A DNA stretch of 32,000 nucleotides, from assembly GCF_000018105.1 (NCBI RefSeq), contig NC_009929.1:1-32000 (forward strand), given 5' to 3'. Shown in pieces: positions 23,876 through 32,000 of the stretch (positions are counted from its first letter, which is position 1; each line of letters opens with the position of its first letter). Under the pieces are notes generated by a model. The model made no database searches and was not told where the DNA came from. It saw nothing but the letters and a program-made list of their open reading frames with translations. The position numbers and the translations under genes are program-made. The DNA comes from Acaryochloris marina MBIC11017 (GTDB taxonomy: Bacteria; Cyanobacteriota; Cyanobacteriia; Thermosynechococcales; Thermosynechococcaceae).

Positions 23876-24112
23876 GATGAATTTTGCCCATTAGTAAATA
23901 GAGATCCACAGCTAAAAATAGAGTATTTGAACTCGATTAAGCCTTTTTTAAGGGATTCAATATCTCTTGTCTAAGTGACTTATAAAAGGCGCTTAGGGTG
24001 GATATTTATTGGATTGTGCTTTAGATTCGTGCGCTTTTCTAGGCTTATTCAATTCTTTTGATTTTTTGACTTTTTGTTGACTGTTGTTCACCGTTTATTC
24101 TGAGTAAGTGAC

Positions 24113-25090
24113 ATGTACAAACATATTCCTCATGCGATCCCCATCGCTTTATGTCTGGCTGCAGTACCAGGGATTGCCCAGGCTCAAGACTTTCCAACCA
24201 TTGAAGTTGCTCCAAGGCATGGGCACACTTTTTACTTCAAGAATGAAGAGGCTGTTGTTGTCGAAGCATGGCCTGGAGCCTTTGATGCGTTTGATTTTGG
24301 AGAACGGCCAAAGATTCCCAGTGCGAGGTTTATTTTTGTCAATCTCAAGCCAAAAGGCAATATCGATAGCACGACGTTAACCGTGGTCTATCGGGTTGGC
24401 ACTAAGGAAAAAACAAAGACATTCCTCCTGAAAAAGACCAAAGGTATTCCGAGTCGGTTTAGTACTGCTATTGATGGGGCACCTCCTCTTGCTGCCCAAC
24501 CGCAGCCCGTTCAACCCATTACGGTTACAAATGTATTTACTCCTCCTCCCAAGCCTGTTAAGCAGATACATAAAGAGAAGAAAGCTAAAAAGCCTAGAAA
24601 ATTAAAGGTATCCAAAGAATTCAGTAGCCCCTTCTCATCAGGATTTGCGTCATCCAATTCAGTAGCGCAACCTCCCGCTAGTAAAGAGACTCAACAACCT
24701 GAACCTGAAGAAACTGAAGAGACTGACGTACCCGATTCAGTTGAGCCAAAGACTGAAGAGAAGGCTGAAACACCCCAGTCTGAACCATTACCCCTGATCC
24801 GCGCACCCAAGACGCTCCAGGCCAAAGCGACGATTGAGACGCCGACTGAGAAGCAACTGATCGCGCGCTCTAGTCTGGACAACTTTGGAATTGCCCGCTA
24901 TCTCCTGCGAGGGTTGTACCAGGCTGAACGGCTGAATCAAATCAACACCCACACACCCCAATTTGGACAAGCTCAAGACACCGCTATCTGGCTCAGACGA
25001 GGGCGCAGCATTGAAGAAGCGCTAGAGCTATCGGGCTTACCGCCCGTGACTTTCAATAATCTTTTGGGACATGGAGGCGTGGGTAAATGA
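24113..25090 (+). CDS. Secreted Pro/Glu-rich protein, first gene of the T4SS operon
   Basis: Signal peptide MYKHIPHAIPIALCLAAVPGIAQA/QD. Beta-rich N-domain, Pro-rich linker, helical C-domain. The stop overlaps the next start (ATGA at 25087-25090). Confidence 0.7.
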   Translation: MYKHIPHAIPIALCLAAVPGIAQAQDFPTIEVAPRHGHTFYFKNEEAVVVEAWPGAFDAFDFGERPKIPSARFIFVNLKPKGNIDSTTLTVVYRVGTKEKTKTFLLKKTKGIPSRFSTAIDGAPPLAAQPQPVQPITVTNVFTPPPKPVKQIHKEKKAKKPRKLKVSKEFSSPFSSGFASSNSVAQPPASKETQQPEPEETEETDVPDSVEPKTEEKAETPQSEPLPLIRAPKTLQAKATIETPTEKQLIARSSLDNFGIARYLLRGLYQAERLNQINTHTPQFGQAQDTAIWLRRGRSIEEALELSGLPPVTFNNLLGHGGVGK

Positions 25091-25998
25091 TCAAGCCTCT
25101 AATACTCCTGTCACTCCTTGGGCAGCTCAATGTAGCTCCTTCCATCGGAGAGGGCAACATTGCCCCTGCCATTGGAGAGCAACCCAAGCCCGTTGAAACA
25201 GAGCCAGTCGTTACCGAGCTAAAACCTGAACCTGCTGCCGTACAGACAGATGTTCCATTGGAGACAGCCACTGCTCCCCCCGTGCCTATCGATATACCCG
25301 TTCCAGAGCCATTAGCAGAAGAATCAGCGGTTCTAGCTCCACCTTTAGAGCAGCCTGAATCCACATTAGAGGATCACCATCAACCCTATGGAGAAATACC
25401 TTCGACGCCTCTGCAACCTCCTTATCAGTCCCCTTTACCTACACCAGCACCGCAACCTCAGACATCTGTTCCCCCTAAGCCAAGGCAACAGATTCAGCCC
25501 TCTTCCGGTGTTGCCTATCGCCAGCCCACGGCACCCGTGCCCACAACCATTGTAGAAACCATAGGCTATCCCCTGACCTCAACATTTGCCGTTACCAGTG
25601 CATTTGGCTGGAGAGAACATCCGGTCCAGGGTAATACCAGTTTCCACGCTGGCATTGACCTAGGTGCACCCCACGGCACCCCCACCTTGACCATGCTCAG
25701 TGGACGGGTTATACATGCCGACTGGGAAGGGGGCTATGGAAAATCCGTGGTGATTGAGCATCCCGGTACGGGGCTGAAGACGCGATACGCTCACCTCTCC
25801 AAGATTCATGTTCAGCCCGGTCAATGGGTGGATCAGGGGTGGCATATCGGGGATAGCGGGGCAACGGGATTAGTCACAGGCCCCCATGCTCATATCGAAA
25901 TGATTATGAACGGTCAGCCTGTAGATCCCTGGCCCTATCTGGCTCAGGCCAGCCGTCAAGCCGTTCTTATTAATCGCCTTCACCCGTGGGCTGGGTAA
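25087..25998 (+). CDS. M23-family metallopeptidase (peptidoglycan hydrolase) with Pro-rich N-terminal region
   Basis: HAGIDLGAPHGTP (HxxxD) and GPHAHIEM (HxH) motifs. Signal-like N-terminus. Confidence 0.9.
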   Translation: MIKPLILLSLLGQLNVAPSIGEGNIAPAIGEQPKPVETEPVVTELKPEPAAVQTDVPLETATAPPVPIDIPVPEPLAEESAVLAPPLEQPESTLEDHHQPYGEIPSTPLQPPYQSPLPTPAPQPQTSVPPKPRQQIQPSSGVAYRQPTAPVPTTIVETIGYPLTSTFAVTSAFGWREHPVQGNTSFHAGIDLGAPHGTPTLTMLSGRVIHADWEGGYGKSVVIEHPGTGLKTRYAHLSKIHVQPGQWVDQGWHIGDSGATGLVTGPHAHIEMIMNGQPVDPWPYLAQASRQAVLINRLHPWAG

Positions 25999-26032
25999 GT
26001 TTTTTCGTTTATTCCACTCAGAGGTTCAACTC

Positions 26033-26329
26033 ATGCAATTTCACAACCTAAAATCTCTGCCAACCGCCTTGTCAGAGCAACTAGACAACGATGTAAAGGC
26101 AAATCGCAAGCAATATTTAACTCGTTATCTTCCGGTCTCGACAGCACTAGCTGTTGCTTCAGTTCCAATGCATCTGAAAGCAAAGTCTTTTAACTCAACT
26201 CATTTAACAGTGGAAAGCGGCTTATTCTTGCTGGCTTCTGCATTAGTAATGCTCCTTTTTATTGGCAATACGGGGGTGATTGCTTTTAGTCTCTGGACGA
26301 CTCGACCGGGTGTAAAGGCAGAAAAATAA
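26033..26329 (+). CDS. Small membrane protein
   Basis: GAGG SD. Two hydrophobic segments (VSTALAVASVP; GLFLLASALVMLLFIGNTGVIAFSLW). Confidence 0.5.
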   Translation: MQFHNLKSLPTALSEQLDNDVKANRKQYLTRYLPVSTALAVASVPMHLKAKSFNSTHLTVESGLFLLASALVMLLFIGNTGVIAFSLWTTRPGVKAEK

Positions 26330-26385
26330 CCATTTGCCATCCCGTCTCACCCTGGTCTGGGTAAGTTTCCACCAGTAGCCAATAC

Positions 26386-26607
26386 TTGGAGGCTTCCGTG
26401 AAAAACGAAACAGCCCTTAGTCACCGCATTAAACGCCTCACCAACGCTTGTTACTATATGTCGCTCGTGTCTGGGGTCACTATCTACTTCATGTTTGACC
26501 GCTTAGATTTGCTTTCAATCCTGCTTAAAAGCGGACTGACCCTAGCAACGGTTTACGTGATTTATCTGCGGAGTGCAGCAGTCAAAGCCAAGCGGTCTAG
26601 CCGCTAA
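26386..26607 (+). CDS. Small membrane protein (start uncertain, TTG in the track)
   Basis: Two hydrophobic segments (YYMSLVSGVTIYFMF; LLKSGLTLATVYVIYL). Within the T4SS operon. Confidence 0.4.
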   Translation: MEASVKNETALSHRIKRLTNACYYMSLVSGVTIYFMFDRLDLLSILLKSGLTLATVYVIYLRSAAVKAKRSSR

Positions 26608-26651
26608 TTCCCAATCATTCAACACCGCGAAACACACAGAGGATTTTCCCA

Positions 26652-27131
26652 ATGCAACCGATTCAATCGGCTTCCCAAAGCCAACTCAAACGATTTTTCC
26701 ACGAATACAAATACCTTCTGATCATGATTGCAGGCTTAGCAATTGCCTGCATTGCTGAACCTGCTGCTGCTCAATGCTTAGGTTGGTTATGTGGGCCTAA
26801 AAATGCCATCACCAACAATGGGGTCATCAATGGTAATAACAGTGCCACGGTTTTTATCGAATTCATTTTCCTGGCGATCCAAGTTCTAATTCTTGTGGGT
26901 CTGGGTGGACTCGCCGTTGTCTTCTTCTTCAAGATGGACCGCGATGAGAACTATGTGAAGCCTCTGGTTGCTCTACTAGTAGCGCTTTTACTTATTTTTG
27001 GTACGAACTTTGTTGCGGGCTATATCGTGGGGGATGGCAATAATGCCGGGACGAGTGCGAGTGGGAACAACAATGGTGCGAACACCACCCAAAGCCAACC
27101 CGTTCGGGGCGCTACAACGGTGTTCAATTAA
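26652..27131 (+). CDS. TrbC/VirB2-like pilin candidate
   Basis: Long leader ending AEPAAA/Q, then two hydrophobic helices (FIEFIFLAIQVLILVGLGGLAVVFFF; LVALLVALLLIFGTNFVAGYIV). It sits immediately before the VirB3-VirB4 gene, as in trb/virB operons. Confidence 0.5.
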   Translation: MQPIQSASQSQLKRFFHEYKYLLIMIAGLAIACIAEPAAAQCLGWLCGPKNAITNNGVINGNNSATVFIEFIFLAIQVLILVGLGGLAVVFFFKMDRDENYVKPLVALLVALLLIFGTNFVAGYIVGDGNNAGTSASGNNNGANTTQSQPVRGATTVFN

Positions 27132-27143
27132 GGGGGCTAATCC

Positions 27144-30100
27144 ATGTCAGATGGTGATCGTATTACTTATACCCCCGTTCTGGATAAGAAACCATCCATT
27201 TGGATGATCCCTCAAGCCACCTTTATCGTCGGTGGGGTATCCGGGGTTTCCCTACTCGTGCTGTACATGATGCTGGCAACGATCCACCAGGCACCGCCTT
27301 GGTGGATTCCGACTGCGTTATGGGTATCGATCTGCTCCGTGTACTGGGCGCTGTTAGGGGATACCCCCTGGAAGGTTCAGGGGCAGCTCCATAGGCGAAT
27401 GCCAAGAGAGAATAAGCATTCTACGGCTGTACGTCAACCCGTCAACACCCTGAAGCCGAAGCTCAAGACCCGCAGAGTTGGCCCCAAGTCAGCTCGGCGC
27501 AAAGTCAAGCCCGCTGAAGAGGATGTTGATATTGCGGCCATCCTGATCTTTGAGATTGACGGTCTAACGGTAGGGGCCGCTCTCTTGCAGCGCAACAACC
27601 GTCTACAAGTGGTGTGGTTCTTCTATTCAAACGGGATTCCGTCTTCTACGACCGTCACCCAGGCCCGTGTAATCGGTGAACGGATTCAGGAAGGGTTTCG
27701 GGATTTGAGGAATGGGGAACCCCTAACCATGCATATGGGTTCCTTCTCGGATTGCTCCAAACGGGTGGCAGAACTGAACCGTATGGGGGAGGAAGCCCCC
27801 CTAGAGGAAAGCACATTCTTGTTGTCGTGGATGCGAAAGCGGGTCAAAGCCCTTAAGCGCTTGGGACGGTACAATCCCAAGTTTTTGCGGTTTTATATCG
27901 CCCATGATTTGGGGGCATTTGGACAGCACAAGGACTGGTTTTCCGGTCTGATGCAGACCATTGAGGATCAGGTGCAAACCCTGACGGGTCAAAAGTCTCC
28001 TCTGAAGGATCGGTTGCACAGCATGTTGGTGGAAGCCTTTGAAGATTCCTTCTATCAGAATCAGAATTTTTTTAGAACCTGTGGCATCCCCGTCACCCCA
28101 GCATCCGCAGATCAAGTCTGGGAATGGATTTACCGTCAGTTTAATGATGATACGGTGCCTCCCATCCCTCAAGTGATTACGATTACACGGGACGGGCTGA
28201 AGGCTCAGCAGTATGACCGTAGATCCATCTCCTCCGTGCTGCTCAAGCACTGCCCAGATTACGGCAAAAAATGTGTGTGGCTCCCTGGCCGCAAGAAGTT
28301 CGCTGGGGGTGTGATCCTAGAAGGTCGGCCTAACCGTTCCTATGATCCTATCGAGGGGCGGTTAGATCAGCTCCTAGACGCCAGCTCTCCGATTCTGGGA
28401 GATAAGAACCAGAAGACGAGCAACAACTCCCTCCATGATTTAGAAATTGTGGTCACCTTTACCGCAGAGCATCAAAAAGGCGTCTTGCAGGAGTCCCAGA
28501 AGAAAACTGGGCAGTCTAATCAATCCTTAAGGATGGTGGAAGAGAACAAGCGCTTGGATGGGGGAGCACTCTACAACACCAGGGAATCCCTGGACGCTGA
28601 GATGAAGCTACGCGACGGGTGTCATACCACTCGTGTTGGCTTAATGATCATTGCCTATCGGGACAAGAAACGGCAGTTGGACCGGGCACTGGAGAATATT
28701 GCAGCTCTACCTATTTTCTCCGGGGGCAAGGTGGTCCGGGAAACGGGCTACTTTGATTCCCTGTTTCTAGAAGCCTTACCGATCACAATGGAATCCTTGC
28801 TATCGGGGGATCCAAAGAAGCTCACGGAACGGTTTGATCGGCGGATCCGAGAAACCACCGCTGCTGCCGTGGGCTTGATGCCCTTGATCCTAGACAGTCG
28901 TCCTGATCTGCACGGGGTTGAGTTTGTCTCTCGCAGTGGGTCACCCCTGCTCGTGGACCCAATGGGCCGATTCCCCCACAACCACATGATTGTTGTGGCG
29001 AGGACTAGAGCGGGTAAGACCGTCCTGGTGATGCAGTTTGCGTCCAATGTACTGGTGCGTCCGAACCATCAGGTGATCATCATTGATGCAGGCCGAGAGG
29101 ACGGCTCTGGCTCCTACGATGAATTCACGACGTTCATGGATTGCTCTCACTTCAGAGCAGGGGAAGATTCCTACAATATCTTTCAAATCCCGGATCAGGC
29201 CCAGCTCTCGGCTGAGAAGTTTGAAAAAGCGTTTATCACCTATCAAAAATTCATCCTGTCCGCCCTGGTTACCCTGACCACCTCCGCTGATGATGCTGCA
29301 CGGTTAATCAGCTACTACGAGGATATCTTGACGAACTTGATTGCAGCTTTCTTGGCTGATGGGTCCATTCAGGAGAAGTATCAGCAAGCCTACAAGGATG
29401 GATTTGGGTCAGAAGCATGGCAGCAAATGCCCTGTCTAACAACCTTTGTAGAGTTTATGAGCCTGTCCCGACTCCCCGCTGAATTGCAGAATGAGGATGC
29501 AGAGAAGGCCATCCAGCGCATGAGAATGAGCTTGATTGCTCTGATGCAACGCCAGTCAGGCCAAGCCCTATCCCGTCCCTCCACCTTTAGAACGGATAAG
29601 CCCCTGGTGGTCTATGCCTTGGGTGGGGTGCAGAAAAACGCCGATATGGTCCCTGCCCTATTAGCAGCCAGCGCATCCATGCTGGCCCAAACCTTTAGCC
29701 GCAAAAAGACCTATGTGGTGGCAGAAGAAGCCACCCACCTGTGGCAATTCCCCAGCTACCGAACAATTGTGACGGAATGGTTCACAGGTAAGGCCAAGAG
29801 CGGAGTTTGGGTTTGTTGGGTGGGTCAATCCCTCAAGATTCTCCTCCAGCATAAAGAGGCAAACAGCGTCCTCGAAAACGTGGGTACAACCCTAGTGGGC
29901 TGGGTCAAAGAGGCTGCATTGAAGCCCCTGAAAGAGGCAGGCTTAGACCCTGAATTGGTTCAACCGTGTATTGGCTCCGATTTCAACCCTCCCCGAGATT
30001 GCAATAACTGTGAATATGCCACGAACTGGCTGATTGAAACGGACGGTAAATACCATGTGGGCCTGAATTACAACGATTTTGCCTCTCTGGGTATCACCAT

Positions 30101-30236
30101 GAACGACCTAGAGAAGGTGATTTTGCGGGAGGAAATCTACAGCCAGATCAACTCCGACAACAAGTATGAGCGGGTGGCAGGCGTTGCTAGCTACCTGGAA
30201 GAAACCTCTATCGACAAACAAGGACTTAAGTCATGA
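27144..30236 (+). CDS. VirB4/TrbE-family conjugation ATPase with fused VirB3/TrbD-like N-terminal membrane domain
   Basis: Walker A VVARTRAGKTVLV and Walker B KTYVVAEEATHLW. The 1030-aa size fits the family. The N-terminal two-TM segment (FIVGGVSGVSLLVLYMML...WWIPTALWVSICSVYWALL) is followed by PWK. Confidence 0.88.
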   Translation: MSDGDRITYTPVLDKKPSIWMIPQATFIVGGVSGVSLLVLYMMLATIHQAPPWWIPTALWVSICSVYWALLGDTPWKVQGQLHRRMPRENKHSTAVRQPVNTLKPKLKTRRVGPKSARRKVKPAEEDVDIAAILIFEIDGLTVGAALLQRNNRLQVVWFFYSNGIPSSTTVTQARVIGERIQEGFRDLRNGEPLTMHMGSFSDCSKRVAELNRMGEEAPLEESTFLLSWMRKRVKALKRLGRYNPKFLRFYIAHDLGAFGQHKDWFSGLMQTIEDQVQTLTGQKSPLKDRLHSMLVEAFEDSFYQNQNFFRTCGIPVTPASADQVWEWIYRQFNDDTVPPIPQVITITRDGLKAQQYDRRSISSVLLKHCPDYGKKCVWLPGRKKFAGGVILEGRPNRSYDPIEGRLDQLLDASSPILGDKNQKTSNNSLHDLEIVVTFTAEHQKGVLQESQKKTGQSNQSLRMVEENKRLDGGALYNTRESLDAEMKLRDGCHTTRVGLMIIAYRDKKRQLDRALENIAALPIFSGGKVVRETGYFDSLFLEALPITMESLLSGDPKKLTERFDRRIRETTAAAVGLMPLILDSRPDLHGVEFVSRSGSPLLVDPMGRFPHNHMIVVARTRAGKTVLVMQFASNVLVRPNHQVIIIDAGREDGSGSYDEFTTFMDCSHFRAGEDSYNIFQIPDQAQLSAEKFEKAFITYQKFILSALVTLTTSADDAARLISYYEDILTNLIAAFLADGSIQEKYQQAYKDGFGSEAWQQMPCLTTFVEFMSLSRLPAELQNEDAEKAIQRMRMSLIALMQRQSGQALSRPSTFRTDKPLVVYALGGVQKNADMVPALLAASASMLAQTFSRKKTYVVAEEATHLWQFPSYRTIVTEWFTGKAKSGVWVCWVGQSLKILLQHKEANSVLENVGTTLVGWVKEAALKPLKEAGLDPELVQPCIGSDFNPPRDCNNCEYATNWLIETDGKYHVGLNYNDFASLGITMNDLEKVILREEIYSQINSDNKYERVAGVASYLEETSIDKQGLKS

Positions 30237-31255
30237 GAAACATCATTACTGGACTGACAGCTATCACCCTGATAGCAGCCTCTTCCCTCCCCACCCTCGC
30301 CCAGAATGCTGCATCGGGAGAGAGTGATTACTGGCGCACAACCGATGTGGATTACAGCGTCTTTAAGAAGGATCAGCCCATCAACAATAAGGGGCTGTTT
30401 GAGGTAGATAAGAAAACGGGTAAACAGACTCAACTGTCTAAGGACTTTCAGAAAGGGGTTGAAATCTACCAGCAGGCTAAGCCCGTGATCGATCTCGTGG
30501 GTGGAATTTTTGGCTTGGGGGGTAGCTTGGGTTTTCTCAAGCACATTGACAACAACCTGGAGTATGGCGAGTGGCTATTTGGCAAGGTGCCCAGAGAGCA
30601 GCAGGCGCAGGAGCAACAGGCGCAAGGCACAGAGGCCAACGGGGCACCGCTGGGAGATGTCTATGGGGTTGATGGCAAAGTTGACCCGACCAAGGCGCGA
30701 GAGCAGGCATTATCGACGATTGAGGCCAATGCGGACATCAAGGCCGATTCTCCCTTTGGGGTGAGTCGCACCATGTACAAGCTCTTGGTGGGTGATCTGG
30801 CGGTTACCCGTGCGGCCCGGAAAAACCTTGAGCTGATGTTTGGTGAAGCGGGTCAACAGTTTGCCAAGGAAGCACGAGAGTACTCAGCCAATGTGGTCAA
30901 AACGTCAGGGCAGATGGTGGATCAGGCTCTTGAAGCGAAATCTACTCAAGATGTCAATAAAATCCGTGCCCAGATTGCGGCCAACGGACAGCTCCTCGAT
31001 CAGGTGCAGTTTGCCGAGCAGCAGCAAACCCGCTTCTCGGTGGATCGGGTCAATGATGCGGTCTTGACCCAGTTGGAGCTAAAGCAGCAGGAGAAGTGGG
31101 ACAAAGAGCAAGATGAAGCCTCAGCCGATATTGGCTTGGCTCAAGTCCGTCAGCTTACTTTCTCGATGCTGCATCCGAGTGGGTCCGAGTCAGGTCCAAG
31201 TAACCAAGCAGCCAAAGTTTCAGCTCAACAGAACCCTAGCTTTATTCGAAAATGA
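30233..31255 (+). CDS. Secreted coiled-coil protein, TrbJ/VirB5-position candidate
   Basis: Signal peptide MRNIITGLTAITLIAASSLPTLAQ/N, with Q/E/A-rich helical content. ATGA overlap with virB4 (30233-30236) and with the next gene (31252-31255). Confidence 0.7.
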   Translation: MRNIITGLTAITLIAASSLPTLAQNAASGESDYWRTTDVDYSVFKKDQPINNKGLFEVDKKTGKQTQLSKDFQKGVEIYQQAKPVIDLVGGIFGLGGSLGFLKHIDNNLEYGEWLFGKVPREQQAQEQQAQGTEANGAPLGDVYGVDGKVDPTKAREQALSTIEANADIKADSPFGVSRTMYKLLVGDLAVTRAARKNLELMFGEAGQQFAKEAREYSANVVKTSGQMVDQALEAKSTQDVNKIRAQIAANGQLLDQVQFAEQQQTRFSVDRVNDAVLTQLELKQQEKWDKEQDEASADIGLAQVRQLTFSMLHPSGSESGPSNQAAKVSAQQNPSFIRK

Positions 31256-32000
31256 TGTTTTCTTTAGATGCAATCCTGATTGCTGGGATTAACTTTGATA
31301 GCCCTCAAGATATTATCAACAACACCAAAGAGATTTCAGCGGAGATTGATAAGGCTCTGTCAGTGCTGTGGGGCTTTTTGGGGTCGAAGTTGTTTATTGA
31401 AATATCCAATGTTGCGGCGATTATTGCAGCGTTAGGCGTGGGCTTCTGGGCCATCAAATGGATTAAGGAGGTTGCCAAATCGGACGAGTTCTTTTATCCA
31501 GACAAAATTCCGCAAATGGCCTTTGGCTTGATGTTAGCAGTCTTGTTGGGCGCACCAACCGAGCGGGGCAAGCTCTTGACGGATGTCTTGATTTCCTATG
31601 ACCGTTTTACAACAAATCTCTCCAATATTGTCCTAGTTGCCGCCCGACCCAACCCTGAAAAGGATCCCGTCGCCAGTGCTCAGGTTTCCCAGGCGGTTCG
31701 TGACCGAGCGGCTCAAGATGCCAAGAAGTGCGAGAAGTTGGGTCTATTAACCCAGGCTCGGTTTGATTGTGTAGATGAAGCCATTGAGCGAGTCTCCACC
31801 TCCTTAGAACCCTATAAGGAGGAGTGGGCATCGAAACTTCATCGTGAGCTGACTTCTGCACTGGGTCTCTTGAATGACCGTGCTATCGGTGAAGCCGCTA
31901 AAGAGAATATCAAAAGGGATTTCACTTTATTTGCCGGGGATGCGCTGAACAAGGTGTTGATTTTCGTTATGTTTGGCCTGACGGTTGCATTTTTGGTCCT
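31252..32000 (+). CDS. Partial multi-pass membrane protein, TrbL/VirB6-position candidate (continues beyond the window)
   Basis: Hand translation from ATG 31252 is open to base 32000 (MMFSLDAILIAGINF...VLIFVMFGLTVAFLV). Several hydrophobic helices. Absent from the ORF track because it has no stop in the window. Confidence 0.7.
   Translation, partial: MMFSLDAILIAGINFDSPQDIINNTKEISAEIDKALSVLWGFLGSKLFIEISNVAAIIAALGVGFWAIKWIKEVAKSDEFFYPDKIPQMAFGLMLAVLLGAPTERGKLLTDVLISYDRFTTNLSNIVLVAARPNPEKDPVASAQVSQAVRDRAAQDAKKCEKLGLLTQARFDCVDEAIERVSTSLEPYKEEWASKLHRELTSALGLLNDRAIGEAAKENIKRDFTLFAGDALNKVLIFVMFGLTVAFLV

Noticed and set aside
24061-24112. Possible promoter with duplicated TTGACT hexamers upstream of the T4SS operon
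   Set aside because: No -10 element lies at acceptable spacing from either TTGACT, so I could not define a promoter. If the adjacent sigma factor drives it, the consensus is unknown anyway.
24108-25364. ORFs 24108..24380(+), 24377..24571(-), 24691..24976(-) and 25053..25364(-) overlapping the first T4SS genes
   Set aside because: They are alternative-frame or antisense products of Pro/Glu-rich coding sequence, and the main frames have a signal peptide and M23 motifs.
27200-30544. ORFs antisense to or out of frame with virB4 and its neighbour, including the 149-aa 27801..28250(-) and 30191..30544(-)
   Set aside because: They are nested in a 1030-aa gene with Walker motifs, and no start signals were seen.
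1-32000. Search for CRISPR arrays, tRNA/rRNA genes, reverse transcriptase or retron-like elements, and integrase or att sites
   Set aside because: No regularly spaced direct repeats, no tRNA-like T-arm or acceptor patterns, no YxDD reverse-transcriptase motif and no tyrosine or serine recombinase motif were recognised by eye. Absence cannot be guaranteed without tRNAscan, Infernal or HMM tools.

Overview
The window looks like cyanobacterial accessory or plasmid-like DNA. Supporting signs are two HIP1 octamers (GCGATCGC), an RRM-type Rbp, an RpaB-like response regulator and an IS701-family element. All calls were made by eye from the translations and raw sequence; no BLAST, HMM or folding was run. 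There are three blocks.

(1) ~1-10.8 kb is a mosaic region. It holds two paralogous nucleic-acid-related modules: a divergent 63-64 aa SSB-like stub gene, a protein with a shared coiled-coil/basic N-terminus, and a dsRBD protein. In module A the shared-N-terminus protein carries an RNase II/R (RNB) domain. In module B it carries an unrelated domain, and the dsRBD gene has an in-frame TAG. The block also has two SepF-like paralogs, a SAM methyltransferase, a Lys-rich HARE-HTH-like protein, and an orphan OmpR-family regulator flanked by a ~200 bp duplicated gene fragment.

(2) ~10.8-15.7 kb is a strongly AT-rich island. Its large ORF, which ends in a GNAT domain, has been split in frame by an IS701-family element (23-bp perfect IRs, 4-bp ATAA duplication).

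(3) ~15.3-32 kb is plasmid-backbone-like. It has two ParB-N-domain genes, a 1174-aa Zn-ribbon/Toprim-like/P-loop replication protein, a sigma-70 family factor, and a translationally coupled type IV secretion operon (M23 peptidase, pilin-like protein, VirB3-VirB4 fusion, TrbJ-like, TrbL-like) that runs off the right edge.

No rRNA, tRNA or CRISPR array was recognised. The best candidate for an undescribed system is the duplicated SSB-stub / RNB-or-alternative-effector / dsRBD (+SepF-like) module.
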